Of a stretch of DNA of 64,000 nucleotides, positions 49,696-59,121 are shown piece after piece (position 1 is the first letter of the stretch; each line of letters starts with the position of its first letter). The position numbers and the translations under genes were made by a program. Source of the stretch: Gammaproteobacteria bacterium (lineage in GTDB: Bacteria > Pseudomonadota > Gammaproteobacteria > CAJXQU01). The notes under the pieces are model-generated. The model had not been told where the DNA came from, did no database searches, and saw only the letters and a program-made list of their open reading frames with translations. The DNA is taken from positions 768,001-832,000 of the forward strand of contig CBDEGZ010000003.1 in assembly GCA_965238175.1 (NCBI GenBank), written 5' to 3'.

Positions 49696-51519
49696 TTATG
49701 AGTCTTTCGGTGCTCTTGAAGCCCGTTTACGTTCATTTTCGGTGAGCATTTGTTTACGAATACGGATCGACTTTGGTGTCACTTCGACCATTTCATCGTC
49801 ATTGATAAACTCTAATGCTTGTTCCAAATCGTAACGAATTGGCGGTGTCAGGACGATATTTTCATCGGTTCCTGATGCACGTACATTAGTCAACTGCTTA
49901 CCTTTCAAAGGATTCACAACCAAATCATTAGTACGAGAATGAATGCCCACGATCATACCTTCGTAAAGATCTTCGCCATGGCCAACAAACAAACTGCCAC
50001 GTTCTTGCAGATTGAATAATGAATAACCCGAGCTTTTGCCTGGGCTGATAGAAATGAGCACACCGTTGTTTCGTTGGCCGATACCGCCGGTTTTTAATGG
50101 GCCATAATGATCAAACGTGTGATACATAAGACCCGTTCCAGAAGTGGATGTCATAAACTCCGTTCGGAAGCCGATCAGGCCACGAGCTGGAATTTCAAAA
50201 TCCAGTCGAACTCGGCCTTTTCCGTCGGGTGACATATCTTTAAGATCACCTTTTCTTTCGCCAAGACGTTCCATTACCGAGCCCTGGTGTTGTTCTTCCA
50301 CATCAATGGTTAATTGCTCATAAGGCTCAGAGGTGACGCCGTCAATTTCACGAATAATAACTTGAGGACGACCAACACCTAGCTCGAAACCTTCACGTCG
50401 CATATTTTCGATCAAAATCGAAAGATGTAATTCTCCACGACCAGAAACCAGAAAACTATTCGCATCTTCAGTATCGTCTACACGCAGCGCAACATTGTGG
50501 ATTAGCTCCTTATCAAGCCGCTCTTTGATCTGTCGGCTGGTAACATATTTACCGTCTTTGCCGGCAAATGGGGAATTGTTGACATAAAAAGTCATGCTCA
50601 CTGTCGGTTCATCAACACTTAACGGCGGTAGCGCTTCAACAGTGGCGGGGTCACACATCGTGTCGGAAATCCGAATGCCTTCGATACCCGTAATCGCGAC
50701 AATATCTCCCGCATTCGCTTCTTCCACTTCGATACGATCCAGCCCATTAAAACCTAACACCTGCATCGTCCGGCCATTGCGCGTTTTGCCATCAACGTCG
50801 ATTAAGGTGACGGGCATACTCGGTCTTACCTTGCCGCGCGTGATCCGACCGACGCCAATTGCGCCGACATAGCTGGAATAATCCAACGCACTGATCTGCA
50901 TCTGAAAAGGGCCATCAGGGTCAACTTCTGGGGGTGAAACGTGATCAACTATCGCTTGTAAAAGTGGGGTCATATCTCCGCTGGAAATATCTGATTCGAG
51001 ACTGGCGTAACCTTCAATTGCTGACGCATAAACAACCGGAAAATCCAATTGATCATCAGTCGCACCCAGTTGATCAAAAAGTTCGAAAGTTTGATCCATT
51101 ACCCAATCAGGGCGACTGCCATCACGATCAATTTTGTTGATAACCACAATCGGTTTTAAACCCTGAGCAAATGCCTTTTGGGTGACAAAACGTGTTTGTG
51201 GCATTGGGCCGTCAACCGCATCAACGAGCAGGATGACAGAATCAACCATCGACAAAATTCGTTCGACTTCGCCACCGAAATCCGCATGTCCAGGAGTATC
51301 AACAATATTGATCCGATAATCGTTCCAATTGATCGCCGTATTTTTTGCAAGAATGGTAATACCGCGTTCTTTCTCGATATCATTGCTGTCCATCACACGG
51401 CTAGGTGTATCTGCACGTTCACCCAAAGTACCGGATTGTTGTAAGAGACAATCAACCAGCGTGGTCTTGCCGTGATCAACATGTGCGACAATTGCGATGT
51501 TTCTGAGTTTGTCAGTCAA
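49696..51519 (-). CDS. typA: Translational GTPase TypA/BipA
   Basis: [35 protein letters not shown]. Confidence 0.99.
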   Translation of the reverse strand: MTDKLRNIAIVAHVDHGKTTLVDCLLQQSGTLGERADTPSRVMDSNDIEKERGITILAKNTAINWNDYRINIVDTPGHADFGGEVERILSMVDSVILLVDAVDGPMPQTRFVTQKAFAQGLKPIVVINKIDRDGSRPDWVMDQTFELFDQLGATDDQLDFPVVYASAIEGYASLESDISSGDMTPLLQAIVDHVSPPEVDPDGPFQMQISALDYSSYVGAIGVGRITRGKVRPSMPVTLIDVDGKTRNGRTMQVLGFNGLDRIEVEEANAGDIVAITGIEGIRISDTMCDPATVEALPPLSVDEPTVSMTFYVNNSPFAGKDGKYVTSRQIKERLDKELIHNVALRVDDTEDANSFLVSGRGELHLSILIENMRREGFELGVGRPQVIIREIDGVTSEPYEQLTIDVEEQHQGSVMERLGERKGDLKDMSPDGKGRVRLDFEIPARGLIGFRTEFMTSTSGTGLMYHTFDHYGPLKTGGIGQRNNGVLISISPGKSSGYSLFNLQERGSLFVGHGEDLYEGMIVGIHSRTNDLVVNPLKGKQLTNVRASGTDENIVLTPPIRYDLEQALEFINDDEMVEVTPKSIRIRKQMLTENERKRASRAPKDS

Positions 51520-51543
51520 AAGGAGTTACCTGGTTAAAATTTA

Positions 51544-51556
51544 GCCGCGCATTATA
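51544..51556 (-). promoter_or_regulatory. -10 box with GC-rich discriminator upstream of typA
   Basis: Minus strand TATAAT-GCGCGGC; -35 poorly defined. Confidence 0.45.
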
Positions 51557-51675
51557 CGTGTGCGCCACTCAAAGAGATAGCGGCTTGATTGTAAAGCGTT
51601 ATTTAGCTCAAACTTATAATGAGAATTTAGCCTTAAGTTATGTGTAGACTTTAGGAGTAGGAAGGCTTCGATAAT

Positions 51676-51736
51676 GAGATTCTTCCTGCGTCAGAATGAC
51701 AACGTAAAGCGTCATCCTGAGTCAGAGCGAAGGATC
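51676..51736. repeat. REP-like inverted pair
   Basis: GATTCTTCCTGCGTCAGAATGAC ... GTCATCCTGAGTCAGAGCGAAGGATC (imperfect inverted arms). Confidence 0.55.
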
Positions 51737-51811
51737 ACATTATCGAAGCCCCTCAATTTTCAGTTCGGCAAAGAACCAAAAACAAAAGCTAATCTTGATC
51801 TCAAACTAACA

Positions 51812-52303
51812 CTATTCGCTATCAGAGGAACCAGTGATCCGGAAAGACAAAGTACGCTTCTCACCCAAACGCATACCTGCACTTTTTTTGTTAGCCGTCA
51901 GTTTGGATGCAAGGTCATCGATATACGCTTTGCCTTTCGTATTCCCCATTAGATAAGCGGCATAAAACCAGCCATACGCATTGATATAGTCATACTCAAC
52001 GCCCTTCCCCCGATCATAAAGCAAACCCAAATTAAGCATCGCATCGGCATTACCCTGCGCAGCAGATTTTTCATACCACTGATGGGCAAGCTTATAATCA
52101 CGATCAATACCCGCACCTAAATAATGCATCAAACCAATATAATTTTGCGCCACAGGATCATTTTTTTCAGCCTCTATGATCCAGATTTGATAGGCCGTTT
52201 CGTACTCACCGTTTTGGAAAGCGACTAATGGATCAGAATTTTGTGAGCAGGAAAATAAAAATAGGGTAAAGACAATAAACCAATATTTTTTGCTATTGGT
52301 CAT
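51812..52303 (-). CDS. Sel1-like repeat lipoprotein
   Basis: Lipobox LFSC; AQNYIGLMHYLGAGIDRDY..A..WYEKSAAQGNADAM.NLG repeats. Confidence 0.88.
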   Translation of the reverse strand: MTNSKKYWFIVFTLFLFSCSQNSDPLVAFQNGEYETAYQIWIIEAEKNDPVAQNYIGLMHYLGAGIDRDYKLAHQWYEKSAAQGNADAMLNLGLLYDRGKGVEYDYINAYGWFYAAYLMGNTKGKAYIDDLASKLTANKKSAGMRLGEKRTLSFRITGSSDSE

Positions 52304-52342
52304 TTTGGTTGGTTCAAAAGATCAGAATTAATAAATGGCTGA

Positions 52343-53098
52343 TCAGGGTAGGCGGCCGGCTTGGACCATGCGGTATTTGAGGATATTTGGTGAGATCCAT
52401 ACGATCTGATCATCAAAATCACAAAAATCTTGTGAAGCATTATTATCGTCGCATGAGTTAGATTGATTTTTAGTTACAAACTCACGTATATGAAATATTT
52501 CATCACCGGGTAAAGTTATGTTTTCTAATTCATCTGTTGCATTAGCTGTTGGGGAGGCAATAACGTTTCCTTCTTGATCTGTACCACCATAACCATTTGG
52601 CCCTAGTGAAACTACGACCGCGGGGGCATCTGCGATCATAACCTCTATAGTTCTTGTTAAAGTATTTCTCCTAACGGTGATCTCCCCGTTATCACATAAA
52701 CCAAAAAATGTATCACCCACTACACATCCAATATTTGGAGGTTGTACACTTGTAAATTCTTGTGTGACTGCATAGACATAATATCTTCCCCAAGAATCGA
52801 AAGGGATGACGCCTAAGTCAAGGTTTGGGATGTTTCCAACTACGAAAGATGCTGCCGAATTACATGAAGCTTCCGCTGCACCATCATTATTAGTATCGGG
52901 GCAAGGTAAATGGCCGTTCACGATTGCATAACCAATTAAAGCTTCTTTGATATCTTCAAGTTTCTCACGTTCCTGTTGGATTTTTTTTGAGGAAATACTT
53001 GTAGATAGTGGACCTAATATTCCCCCTAGCATTAAACCAACAATTAACAAAACGATTGTTATTTCTAGTAGGGTGAAACCTTTTGAATATTTATTCAT
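52343..53098 (-). CDS. Minor pilin/pseudopilin (class III signal peptide)
   Basis: MNKYSKG|FTLLEITIVLLIVGLMLGG; LIGYA..NGHLPCPD; DSWGRYYVY; FDDQIVWI. Confidence 0.88.
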   Translation of the reverse strand: MNKYSKGFTLLEITIVLLIVGLMLGGILGPLSTSISSKKIQQEREKLEDIKEALIGYAIVNGHLPCPDTNNDGAAEASCNSAASFVVGNIPNLDLGVIPFDSWGRYYVYAVTQEFTSVQPPNIGCVVGDTFFGLCDNGEITVRRNTLTRTIEVMIADAPAVVVSLGPNGYGGTDQEGNVIASPTANATDELENITLPGDEIFHIREFVTKNQSNSCDDNNASQDFCDFDDQIVWISPNILKYRMVQAGRLP

Positions 53099-55011
53099 GG
53101 TATCCAGCATAGTTCATTAGGGTTGGTTGTACATGTAAAAGCAGCACGGACTTGATCATTAAAATTATCATCAGCTTGTATCAGAGCATCAAAAATATCA
53201 TTTCCGTCGACATTTTCTTTAGCCGTAGGCAATGGGGTTGTATCATGTCCTTCAAAGTAATCCGTTATTGGCGCTCCACCTGTTGTTCGATCTTGGCCTG
53301 TTAATTCACTTCCAGAGTATAAGATTAATGCCCTGAAATCTCCTGAGTTTTCTGGAGCACCAGATCCTGCGGATGTTGCTGCGTAGGTATTTAAAGTTAA
53401 ACAAGGCGGAGTAGTATTACACGTTTGAACTTGGCCGCCAGGTGGGTCATCACCAGAAGCATAAGCAATATAAAAATAATGATGCCAGTTGCCATCTAAA
53501 AACCATTGCGGAATTTCACCTAGATTCGGATCAAGATCATATATGACACTTAAATCAAAAGTATTAGTGGCACTACTAACAGAAGAAAAATCCATAACTG
53601 CGCGTCCAGTTTCTGTGCCTAAACTATCAGTATCGATGATTTCTATCGTTGATGTTGTTGGAGGGGTACTTGTCAGATTAAAAGTTCTAAATCGTGTCCA
53701 ATCAGGTGATGCTGGTAGAGGAAGGACAGAATTTGAGGTGGTAGTGTATATAAAATGATATGTTCTAGTTTCACCGCCAGTTCCAGATTTAGTTGCAGTG
53801 CAGTCTATTTGATCTTTGTTTGTCCATATACAAGAAACTCCTTGAAGAAGGGGGTTGACAAAAATCGGATCTGAGTAAGTAGGGTCTTGAAATACATCTT
53901 CGCAAAGGGCTATTGGGGGTAAAGTCGAACAGGCAGGAACGGTAGGAGAAATTGTACCATCTGGAATATTCCAAGTAGCAGAGAAACTATTTGAAGAAGA
54001 AATTTCATATGTCTCATTTGGAAGATGAATGGGGAGGTGACCTTGCCTAGTGTTTGGAACTCCATTAAAAGTTGAGTTTGGATCTGTTGGGTTAATTGGA
54101 TCGCTATATGGGCTTAACCACGGCAACATCGTATTTATCCTCTGGTAAGTGGACAAGATAGTTGATACTTCGCCTATTGCTCTTTTTGCCGCAGAACTTA
54201 TTAGCTCATCAATCGTTACAAAAACCAATGTATCATTAAACTCATCAGTTTCAATCAGTGTAGTTTTTGAATTGGGATAGATAATAAAATCAAAGTTAGA
54301 CGCTGTGTCAGCATTACTATAGGTTGCTCCTCCTACTGTGACACTATCAAGAAATTCAGAAGCTACAGGTGCATTCCCGTTTCGGTTTTGATTGCTAAGT
54401 GCTTCACCCGGAGCAATCAAAACAAAAGCCACTCTATTTGAAATTTCATTACCATTTTGATCTAGAACAGTGATCCAATCCGTTGTTCTACTAAGTAAAT
54501 CCGGTCCAATTTGACGATAATCTACACCATTATTAAGCATGTTCTTTGATACGGCATACCAAAGTACCTCACCATTAGGATCTTGGTAATTCGTTTTTAA
54601 ACCTCCATATATTGTTGTTCCTGTACATGGGGTGTTTTGACCTCTCCATGGAACTTTACCAAGTAGAAAATTATTTCTGTTAGTACCTGTATCTGCTGGA
54701 TCAAAGTTTCTGCAGTCAGAAAATCCATCATATGGGTTTGTAGTTTCTGATGAGGCGATTCTGTCTGAGAAGGGCATTACGCCGGGGTGAACTGGATGAT
54801 TTAAAGACCAACCTATTAAAGCCTCTTTTGCTTCGTTTAATGCACGCATTGTTATGTGATCACGAAAGGATTGTGTGGCTGCCTTGTTCATTTTAGAGAC
54901 AAGTAAAGCCGATGCGCCTGTGACTAGTAGAAGAACAAACAATAACAGCGCCGCCCCTTTTTGCTTGTTGGGGTTGTTGATTTTGTGAGATCTAAAGCGA
55001 GACATTCTCAC
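53095..55011 (-). CDS. Large PilX/GspK-like minor pilin, candidate tip adhesin
   Basis: KQKG|AALLLFVLLLV (no E5), ALNEAKEALIGW, Cys/Thr/Pro-rich 638 aa. Confidence 0.75.
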   Translation of the reverse strand: MRMSRFRSHKINNPNKQKGAALLLFVLLLVTGASALLVSKMNKAATQSFRDHITMRALNEAKEALIGWSLNHPVHPGVMPFSDRIASSETTNPYDGFSDCRNFDPADTGTNRNNFLLGKVPWRGQNTPCTGTTIYGGLKTNYQDPNGEVLWYAVSKNMLNNGVDYRQIGPDLLSRTTDWITVLDQNGNEISNRVAFVLIAPGEALSNQNRNGNAPVASEFLDSVTVGGATYSNADTASNFDFIIYPNSKTTLIETDEFNDTLVFVTIDELISSAAKRAIGEVSTILSTYQRINTMLPWLSPYSDPINPTDPNSTFNGVPNTRQGHLPIHLPNETYEISSSNSFSATWNIPDGTISPTVPACSTLPPIALCEDVFQDPTYSDPIFVNPLLQGVSCIWTNKDQIDCTATKSGTGGETRTYHFIYTTTSNSVLPLPASPDWTRFRTFNLTSTPPTTSTIEIIDTDSLGTETGRAVMDFSSVSSATNTFDLSVIYDLDPNLGEIPQWFLDGNWHHYFYIAYASGDDPPGGQVQTCNTTPPCLTLNTYAATSAGSGAPENSGDFRALILYSGSELTGQDRTTGGAPITDYFEGHDTTPLPTAKENVDGNDIFDALIQADDNFNDQVRAAFTCTTNPNELCWIP

Positions 55012-55015
55012 TTTT

Positions 55016-55633
55016 TTATTTGTTAGGTTTCTCTAACATTTTTTGATAGGAGTCGGTGATTTTTTCGGCTTTTGGATTGAGTGTTTGGCCGACTTTGAGG
55101 CTGACGTCACCGATGTTGATGTCATCGACTTCGACATGTACGTGATCACGTCCAATTCGGTTTGGGTTTACTTTGATGTGTTGCGGTTCAAAGTAACCAT
55201 CGTTGGTGTTGATGCCATTGACCCATGCAGTGCTTCTTCCTCCAGAGCGTTTCACAAAACCGTTGACAGTAATTTTCGGTATTTCGGGTGTAGAAACGGT
55301 AACAATTTCAGGTTTTTTTTGTGTCTTAATGACGATAGGTTCTGGCTTCGGTTGGAACTGAAATTGATCAATCACGTCATGTTTGAATTTTTCTTGTGGC
55401 GGTTCAAATTTACTATGATCGACAATGGTGATCGGCGTATAGGTTTGTTTAGTTGTTTGTTGTTTTTGGGCTGGGTGGCGCAGTCTTTCAAGTGTTGCGC
55501 GTTCACTTGCGGTTGTAAATAAACGTCCTAGGCCTTCTGCGAATGTGCTTGGAGCGAATAGGATGATCATAAGTAGGTTGATCAATAATGAAGGTTTATT
55601 TTTGATCATGTTTTTAAGTGAATTCGTTTTCAT
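55016..55633 (-). CDS. Type IV filament accessory protein (PilP/MshK-like position)
   Basis: Signal peptide, LGRLFTT..ERATLERLR, ITVNGFVKRSGGRSTAWVNG, LKVGQ. Confidence 0.65.
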   Translation of the reverse strand: MKTNSLKNMIKNKPSLLINLLMIILFAPSTFAEGLGRLFTTASERATLERLRHPAQKQQTTKQTYTPITIVDHSKFEPPQEKFKHDVIDQFQFQPKPEPIVIKTQKKPEIVTVSTPEIPKITVNGFVKRSGGRSTAWVNGINTNDGYFEPQHIKVNPNRIGRDHVHVEVDDINIGDVSLKVGQTLNPKAEKITDSYQKMLEKPNK

Positions 55634-55634
55634 A

Positions 55635-55736
55635 GAGATCTTTGCAGGAGTAGAGCCTGCCCCACGAGTGAAACGAGTGTTTTGGGTACGTTTTTAACGA
55701 AGCCAGAGGATAAAAGAACAATCGTGCAAAGGTTTC
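55635..55736. mobile_element. 102-bp MITE-like element with TIRs and a 5-bp flanking direct repeat
   Basis: Ends GAGATCTTTGCAGGA / TCGTGCAAAGGTTTC; flanked by TCATA at 55630-55634 and 55737-55741. Confidence 0.75.
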
Positions 55737-56351
55737 TCATAATTTGATCTCCTCATTAGCCAGGTTGAGGCTGTACCATTGTAATTCGCAATTGGCACTA
55801 ATATTCGATTTTTCCGGATCAATCTGGATACTTTTATTGGTTCGATTGAAACGGCAACGTTTGATGTTGAACAGGCCTGATGCATCTTTGTTTAATTCGC
55901 TGATCAATTTTGCCAGATCAATTTCATGTAATAGACCAAGGTTGAGATTCATGCTGGTGGCGAAAAGATTATATGAGCCGGTGTCTAGTTTGTAGTCTGG
56001 CAGGTAGGGTTTTCGGGATTCGATCTGATAGCGCATTGCTGGGAGATTGATTCCTTTACCGATGGATTGCAGTGTTTCAATCCAGTTAAGACGTTTTTCT
56101 GATCCGATAATGCCACGGTTGTAGTACTCGATAAAACGTGGGTAGTGTTCTTTGATAATTTTTTCATCGCCATCGACAGACAGGTATTTTTGGCTGACAT
56201 CGCGGAAGTGATTTTGATATTGATTAAATTCAGTTTTCATGTTGTCGCGGAATAAAAAGCTGCCTGCTAGTAGTGCACCAGAGAGAATCAGGCAAACAAA
56301 AAAAGTGAGTATTGAGCTTTGTAGTATTGGCCACTCGATTTTATGTTTCAT
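55737..56351 (-). CDS. PilO/MshJ-like inner-membrane alignment protein
   Basis: N-terminal TM, coiled coil, GIIGSEKRLNWIE, LLHEIDL, C-x-F-x-R...ANCELQW; probable start MKHKIEW. Confidence 0.65.
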   Translation of the reverse strand: MKHKIEWPILQSSILTFFVCLILSGALLAGSFLFRDNMKTEFNQYQNHFRDVSQKYLSVDGDEKIIKEHYPRFIEYYNRGIIGSEKRLNWIETLQSIGKGINLPAMRYQIESRKPYLPDYKLDTGSYNLFATSMNLNLGLLHEIDLAKLISELNKDASGLFNIKRCRFNRTNKSIQIDPEKSNISANCELQWYSLNLANEEIKL

Positions 56352-57936
56352 TTTCGACTCCCAAAACAACGGTTAGTGCAAAAATGGCTTCGTGTATTTC
56401 TTGGTCACGCGATTCACCTGAAAGTTGAGATTCTGGGCTGATATCTAATGGTAGACTGTCGATATTAACGTGATGCACATTATCAGCGACTTTCATTGAG
56501 TTCGCAAAGCGTATGACAATCCCCAATGCATTTCGGTAATTTCCATCGAAGGAGGTGATATGACCTTTGATGGTGGCAATTTGGTAGTAGGAGTAGTCGC
56601 CTTTTTCTATTGGGTTTTTGCCATTTTCCCCAAGTGAAATATTATTGATCGGATGCGTATTTGGATCAGAACTTACTACCCAGTCTATGCCATCAATTTG
56701 TATACTGGGATAACGACTGAGCACTTTGCTCACGGTGTTCATCATTAAAAAAGGAGTAGATTTGTGTTTGACCAGAGAATCAATAATGTTTATCGCGTTT
56801 TTGATATCGGCCGGTTGAACAGCTGTCGGCGGCAGATCTTTTTTCGCTATTTCGTATCGCGATTGATAATACTCAGCTTCTTTTGCGGCTTTAACAGACT
56901 GATGTTTTAGTGAAATGCCTGAAATAAAATTATATCCACCCCAGGTGGTCGCACCCAATATCATCATTAAACTGGCTGCATATAATCCGACCCGTGCCTG
57001 GTGCATTGAAAAGTAATGCCGATTTTCATTGGAGCCATAATGATTGCTTGGTGTTTTGGACAACAACATGTGTGCATAGATGTAATCGCTAAACGGGGTT
57101 GACAGCACTCCTTCGACACCCATTTCATGACTTAATGTTGAGACGTCAACCAAATGATAACGAGTCTTTCCAGTGTCTTTAATTCGTGTTTGCAGATCGG
57201 CTAGCATTTCACCGTGAGCAAGAATATAAATATCAAGCGGTTCTTCCCGCGACAGTGTACGTAGATTATTTAAGTAGCGATAAAACTTTTCGAGTTCTGA
57301 TAGAACATAAGGGCCATATGGAGTTGTTCCAAAACGCGGCAATTTAGCCAGACGACTGATCTGAATTTGTTGATCACGAAAGTAGGTTTGTCGTAGTCCG
57401 CTTGAGCCGCCCATGCTAACGAGTAAAGTGTTACTCGATTTTGCATCCAATGGTTTGAGCAAGGCTTTACTCATAATCGGTAAAGAGTAAATGCCAGCAA
57501 GTGGAATTTTATGTTGTTCGAGTAAAGTGATCCATGGTGTGACTGCCGCAGGGTTAGTCAGTGCTGTTAATAATACTTTATCGTCTTTGCGGCCTTCTTT
57601 TTCACGACCTTGAAGCATGTAGTGAGTGTAAGGGGAGTTACGAAAGTTTCGGCTGAGTTTTCGTTCAAGAACGTTTTTGCGATCTGATCCACTGACATGT
57701 GGAACCGTGTCATGGCGGAATTCTTCTTCGACAACATCAACCAGCATGTAAGTTGGTAGTATCGGTGTTTCTTGTAAATAGCGCGTAAAGTGATAACGAC
57801 CTGTATCGTCAGCATCAAACTGGAAGGAATCCGTAATCTCACCATCTTGCCAATGGTAAACCGTCACCGCATCAACAGCGAGGCAAACAGCGCGTTTGGG
57901 GCCGCGACTAAATTTTGATCTTAGCAATGAGATCAT
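56341..57936 (-). CDS. PilM/PilN (MshI)-like fusion: cytoplasmic actin-like domain, TM and periplasmic domain
   Basis: LVDVVEEEFR.D.VPHV, GIYSLP, GLRQTYF..ISRL, single TM around residues 315-335; position after the platform gene. Confidence 0.65.
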   Translation of the reverse strand: MISLLRSKFSRGPKRAVCLAVDAVTVYHWQDGEITDSFQFDADDTGRYHFTRYLQETPILPTYMLVDVVEEEFRHDTVPHVSGSDRKNVLERKLSRNFRNSPYTHYMLQGREKEGRKDDKVLLTALTNPAAVTPWITLLEQHKIPLAGIYSLPIMSKALLKPLDAKSSNTLLVSMGGSSGLRQTYFRDQQIQISRLAKLPRFGTTPYGPYVLSELEKFYRYLNNLRTLSREEPLDIYILAHGEMLADLQTRIKDTGKTRYHLVDVSTLSHEMGVEGVLSTPFSDYIYAHMLLSKTPSNHYGSNENRHYFSMHQARVGLYAASLMMILGATTWGGYNFISGISLKHQSVKAAKEAEYYQSRYEIAKKDLPPTAVQPADIKNAINIIDSLVKHKSTPFLMMNTVSKVLSRYPSIQIDGIDWVVSSDPNTHPINNISLGENGKNPIEKGDYSYYQIATIKGHITSFDGNYRNALGIVIRFANSMKVADNVHHVNIDSLPLDISPESQLSGESRDQEIHEAIFALTVVLGVENET

Positions 57937-59116
57937 AAATGGGTCCTAATATGGAGAACATTATCCACCCAACCAGCAAACCGATCAAAACGGTTAGTGC
58001 GGGTCCTATTATTTGTTGTAACTGCTCAACAGACTCCTTTACTTCACGATTATAAAAGTAACTTACATTTTGCAGAGACTTTTCCAGTGTTCCAGTGTTT
58101 TCACCTACACGTAGCATGCGTAACACCAATGGTGGGAATAATGTCGTTTTCCCAAAGGCAGCGCTAATTCCTTCACCATCTGCAATCAATCTTCCTGCAT
58201 CTTTGATTGCACTCGCTATCGCTGCGTTACCAACGATGGCTTCCCCAGATTTTACACACTCAATAACGGTAATACCTGATGCGTACATAATAGCGAAATA
58301 ATTTGTAAACCGAGTCATCACCATCTTTTTCAGGATTGGGCCGAATACCGGTATCTTTAATTTTAAACCATCAAACCAACGACGAAAATCTGTACTCGTA
58401 TTGAGCCCAAACATAACAGCGATAAAAATAATAAAAGGTAACAGGATAAACAGGTACCAAAATTCTGTAAAGAAATTGGAAACAGCGATCAATAGTCGCG
58501 TGTGAGAGGGTAATTCTTCACCCATGTTTTGCATAAATTGCATTAATTGTGGGACAAGATAGAGCATTAAAAAAAAGACAACGCCGATGATAATCGTGAA
58601 AACAAACACTGGATAAATAAACAGTTTTTTAGTATTTGCAGCTTGCTCGTCCTGCCATTTCAGGTTCTCGGTGATATGTTCTAAAACTTGTACCAGTTCA
58701 CCACTTTGTTCTCCAGCTCGGATCAAATTAACGAATACTGTCCCGAATTCATTTGGAAAGTCAGCCATGGCCTCGGAAAGGCTTTTTCCACCGCCGATAG
58801 TTTCGATCATGGCGATGATCACATCTTTTAAACGTGGGCTGTCAACACTATCGCGAAGATCACTCAATGCCTCAAGGATAGGAACACCGGCACGTAATAG
58901 TTGATCGAGATGAAAACAAAAAGTGATCAAATCGGCACGTTTGAGTTTTTGTTTTAGAAGAAAAACGCCTCTATTTTTATGGATCTCCTTAAAGGAAATT
59001 AAATCCAGCCCAAGTCTTGTTAGTCTAAACTCGAGATCACCAGGATTCAGGGCATTTGATCGGCCGTTTACATATTTTCCTGCTTTATCAATCGCTTTGT
59101 ATTTAAAAAGCTCCAT
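57908..59116 (-). CDS. Type II/IV secretion platform protein (GspF/PilC/MshG family)
   Basis: LLRAGVPILEAL, AGEQSGEL, YP..., FPPLVLRMLRVGENTGTL. Confidence 0.93.
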   Translation of the reverse strand: MELFKYKAIDKAGKYVNGRSNALNPGDLEFRLTRLGLDLISFKEIHKNRGVFLLKQKLKRADLITFCFHLDQLLRAGVPILEALSDLRDSVDSPRLKDVIIAMIETIGGGKSLSEAMADFPNEFGTVFVNLIRAGEQSGELVQVLEHITENLKWQDEQAANTKKLFIYPVFVFTIIIGVVFFLMLYLVPQLMQFMQNMGEELPSHTRLLIAVSNFFTEFWYLFILLPFIIFIAVMFGLNTSTDFRRWFDGLKLKIPVFGPILKKMVMTRFTNYFAIMYASGITVIECVKSGEAIVGNAAIASAIKDAGRLIADGEGISAAFGKTTLFPPLVLRMLRVGENTGTLEKSLQNVSYFYNREVKESVEQLQQIIGPALTVLIGLLVGWIMFSILGPIYDLIAKIKI

Positions 59117-59121
59117 TAGAA

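Noticed and set aside
51674-51952. 92-aa plus-strand ORF
   Set aside because: Begins inside the REP-like repeat and overlaps the Sel1 gene on the antisense strand
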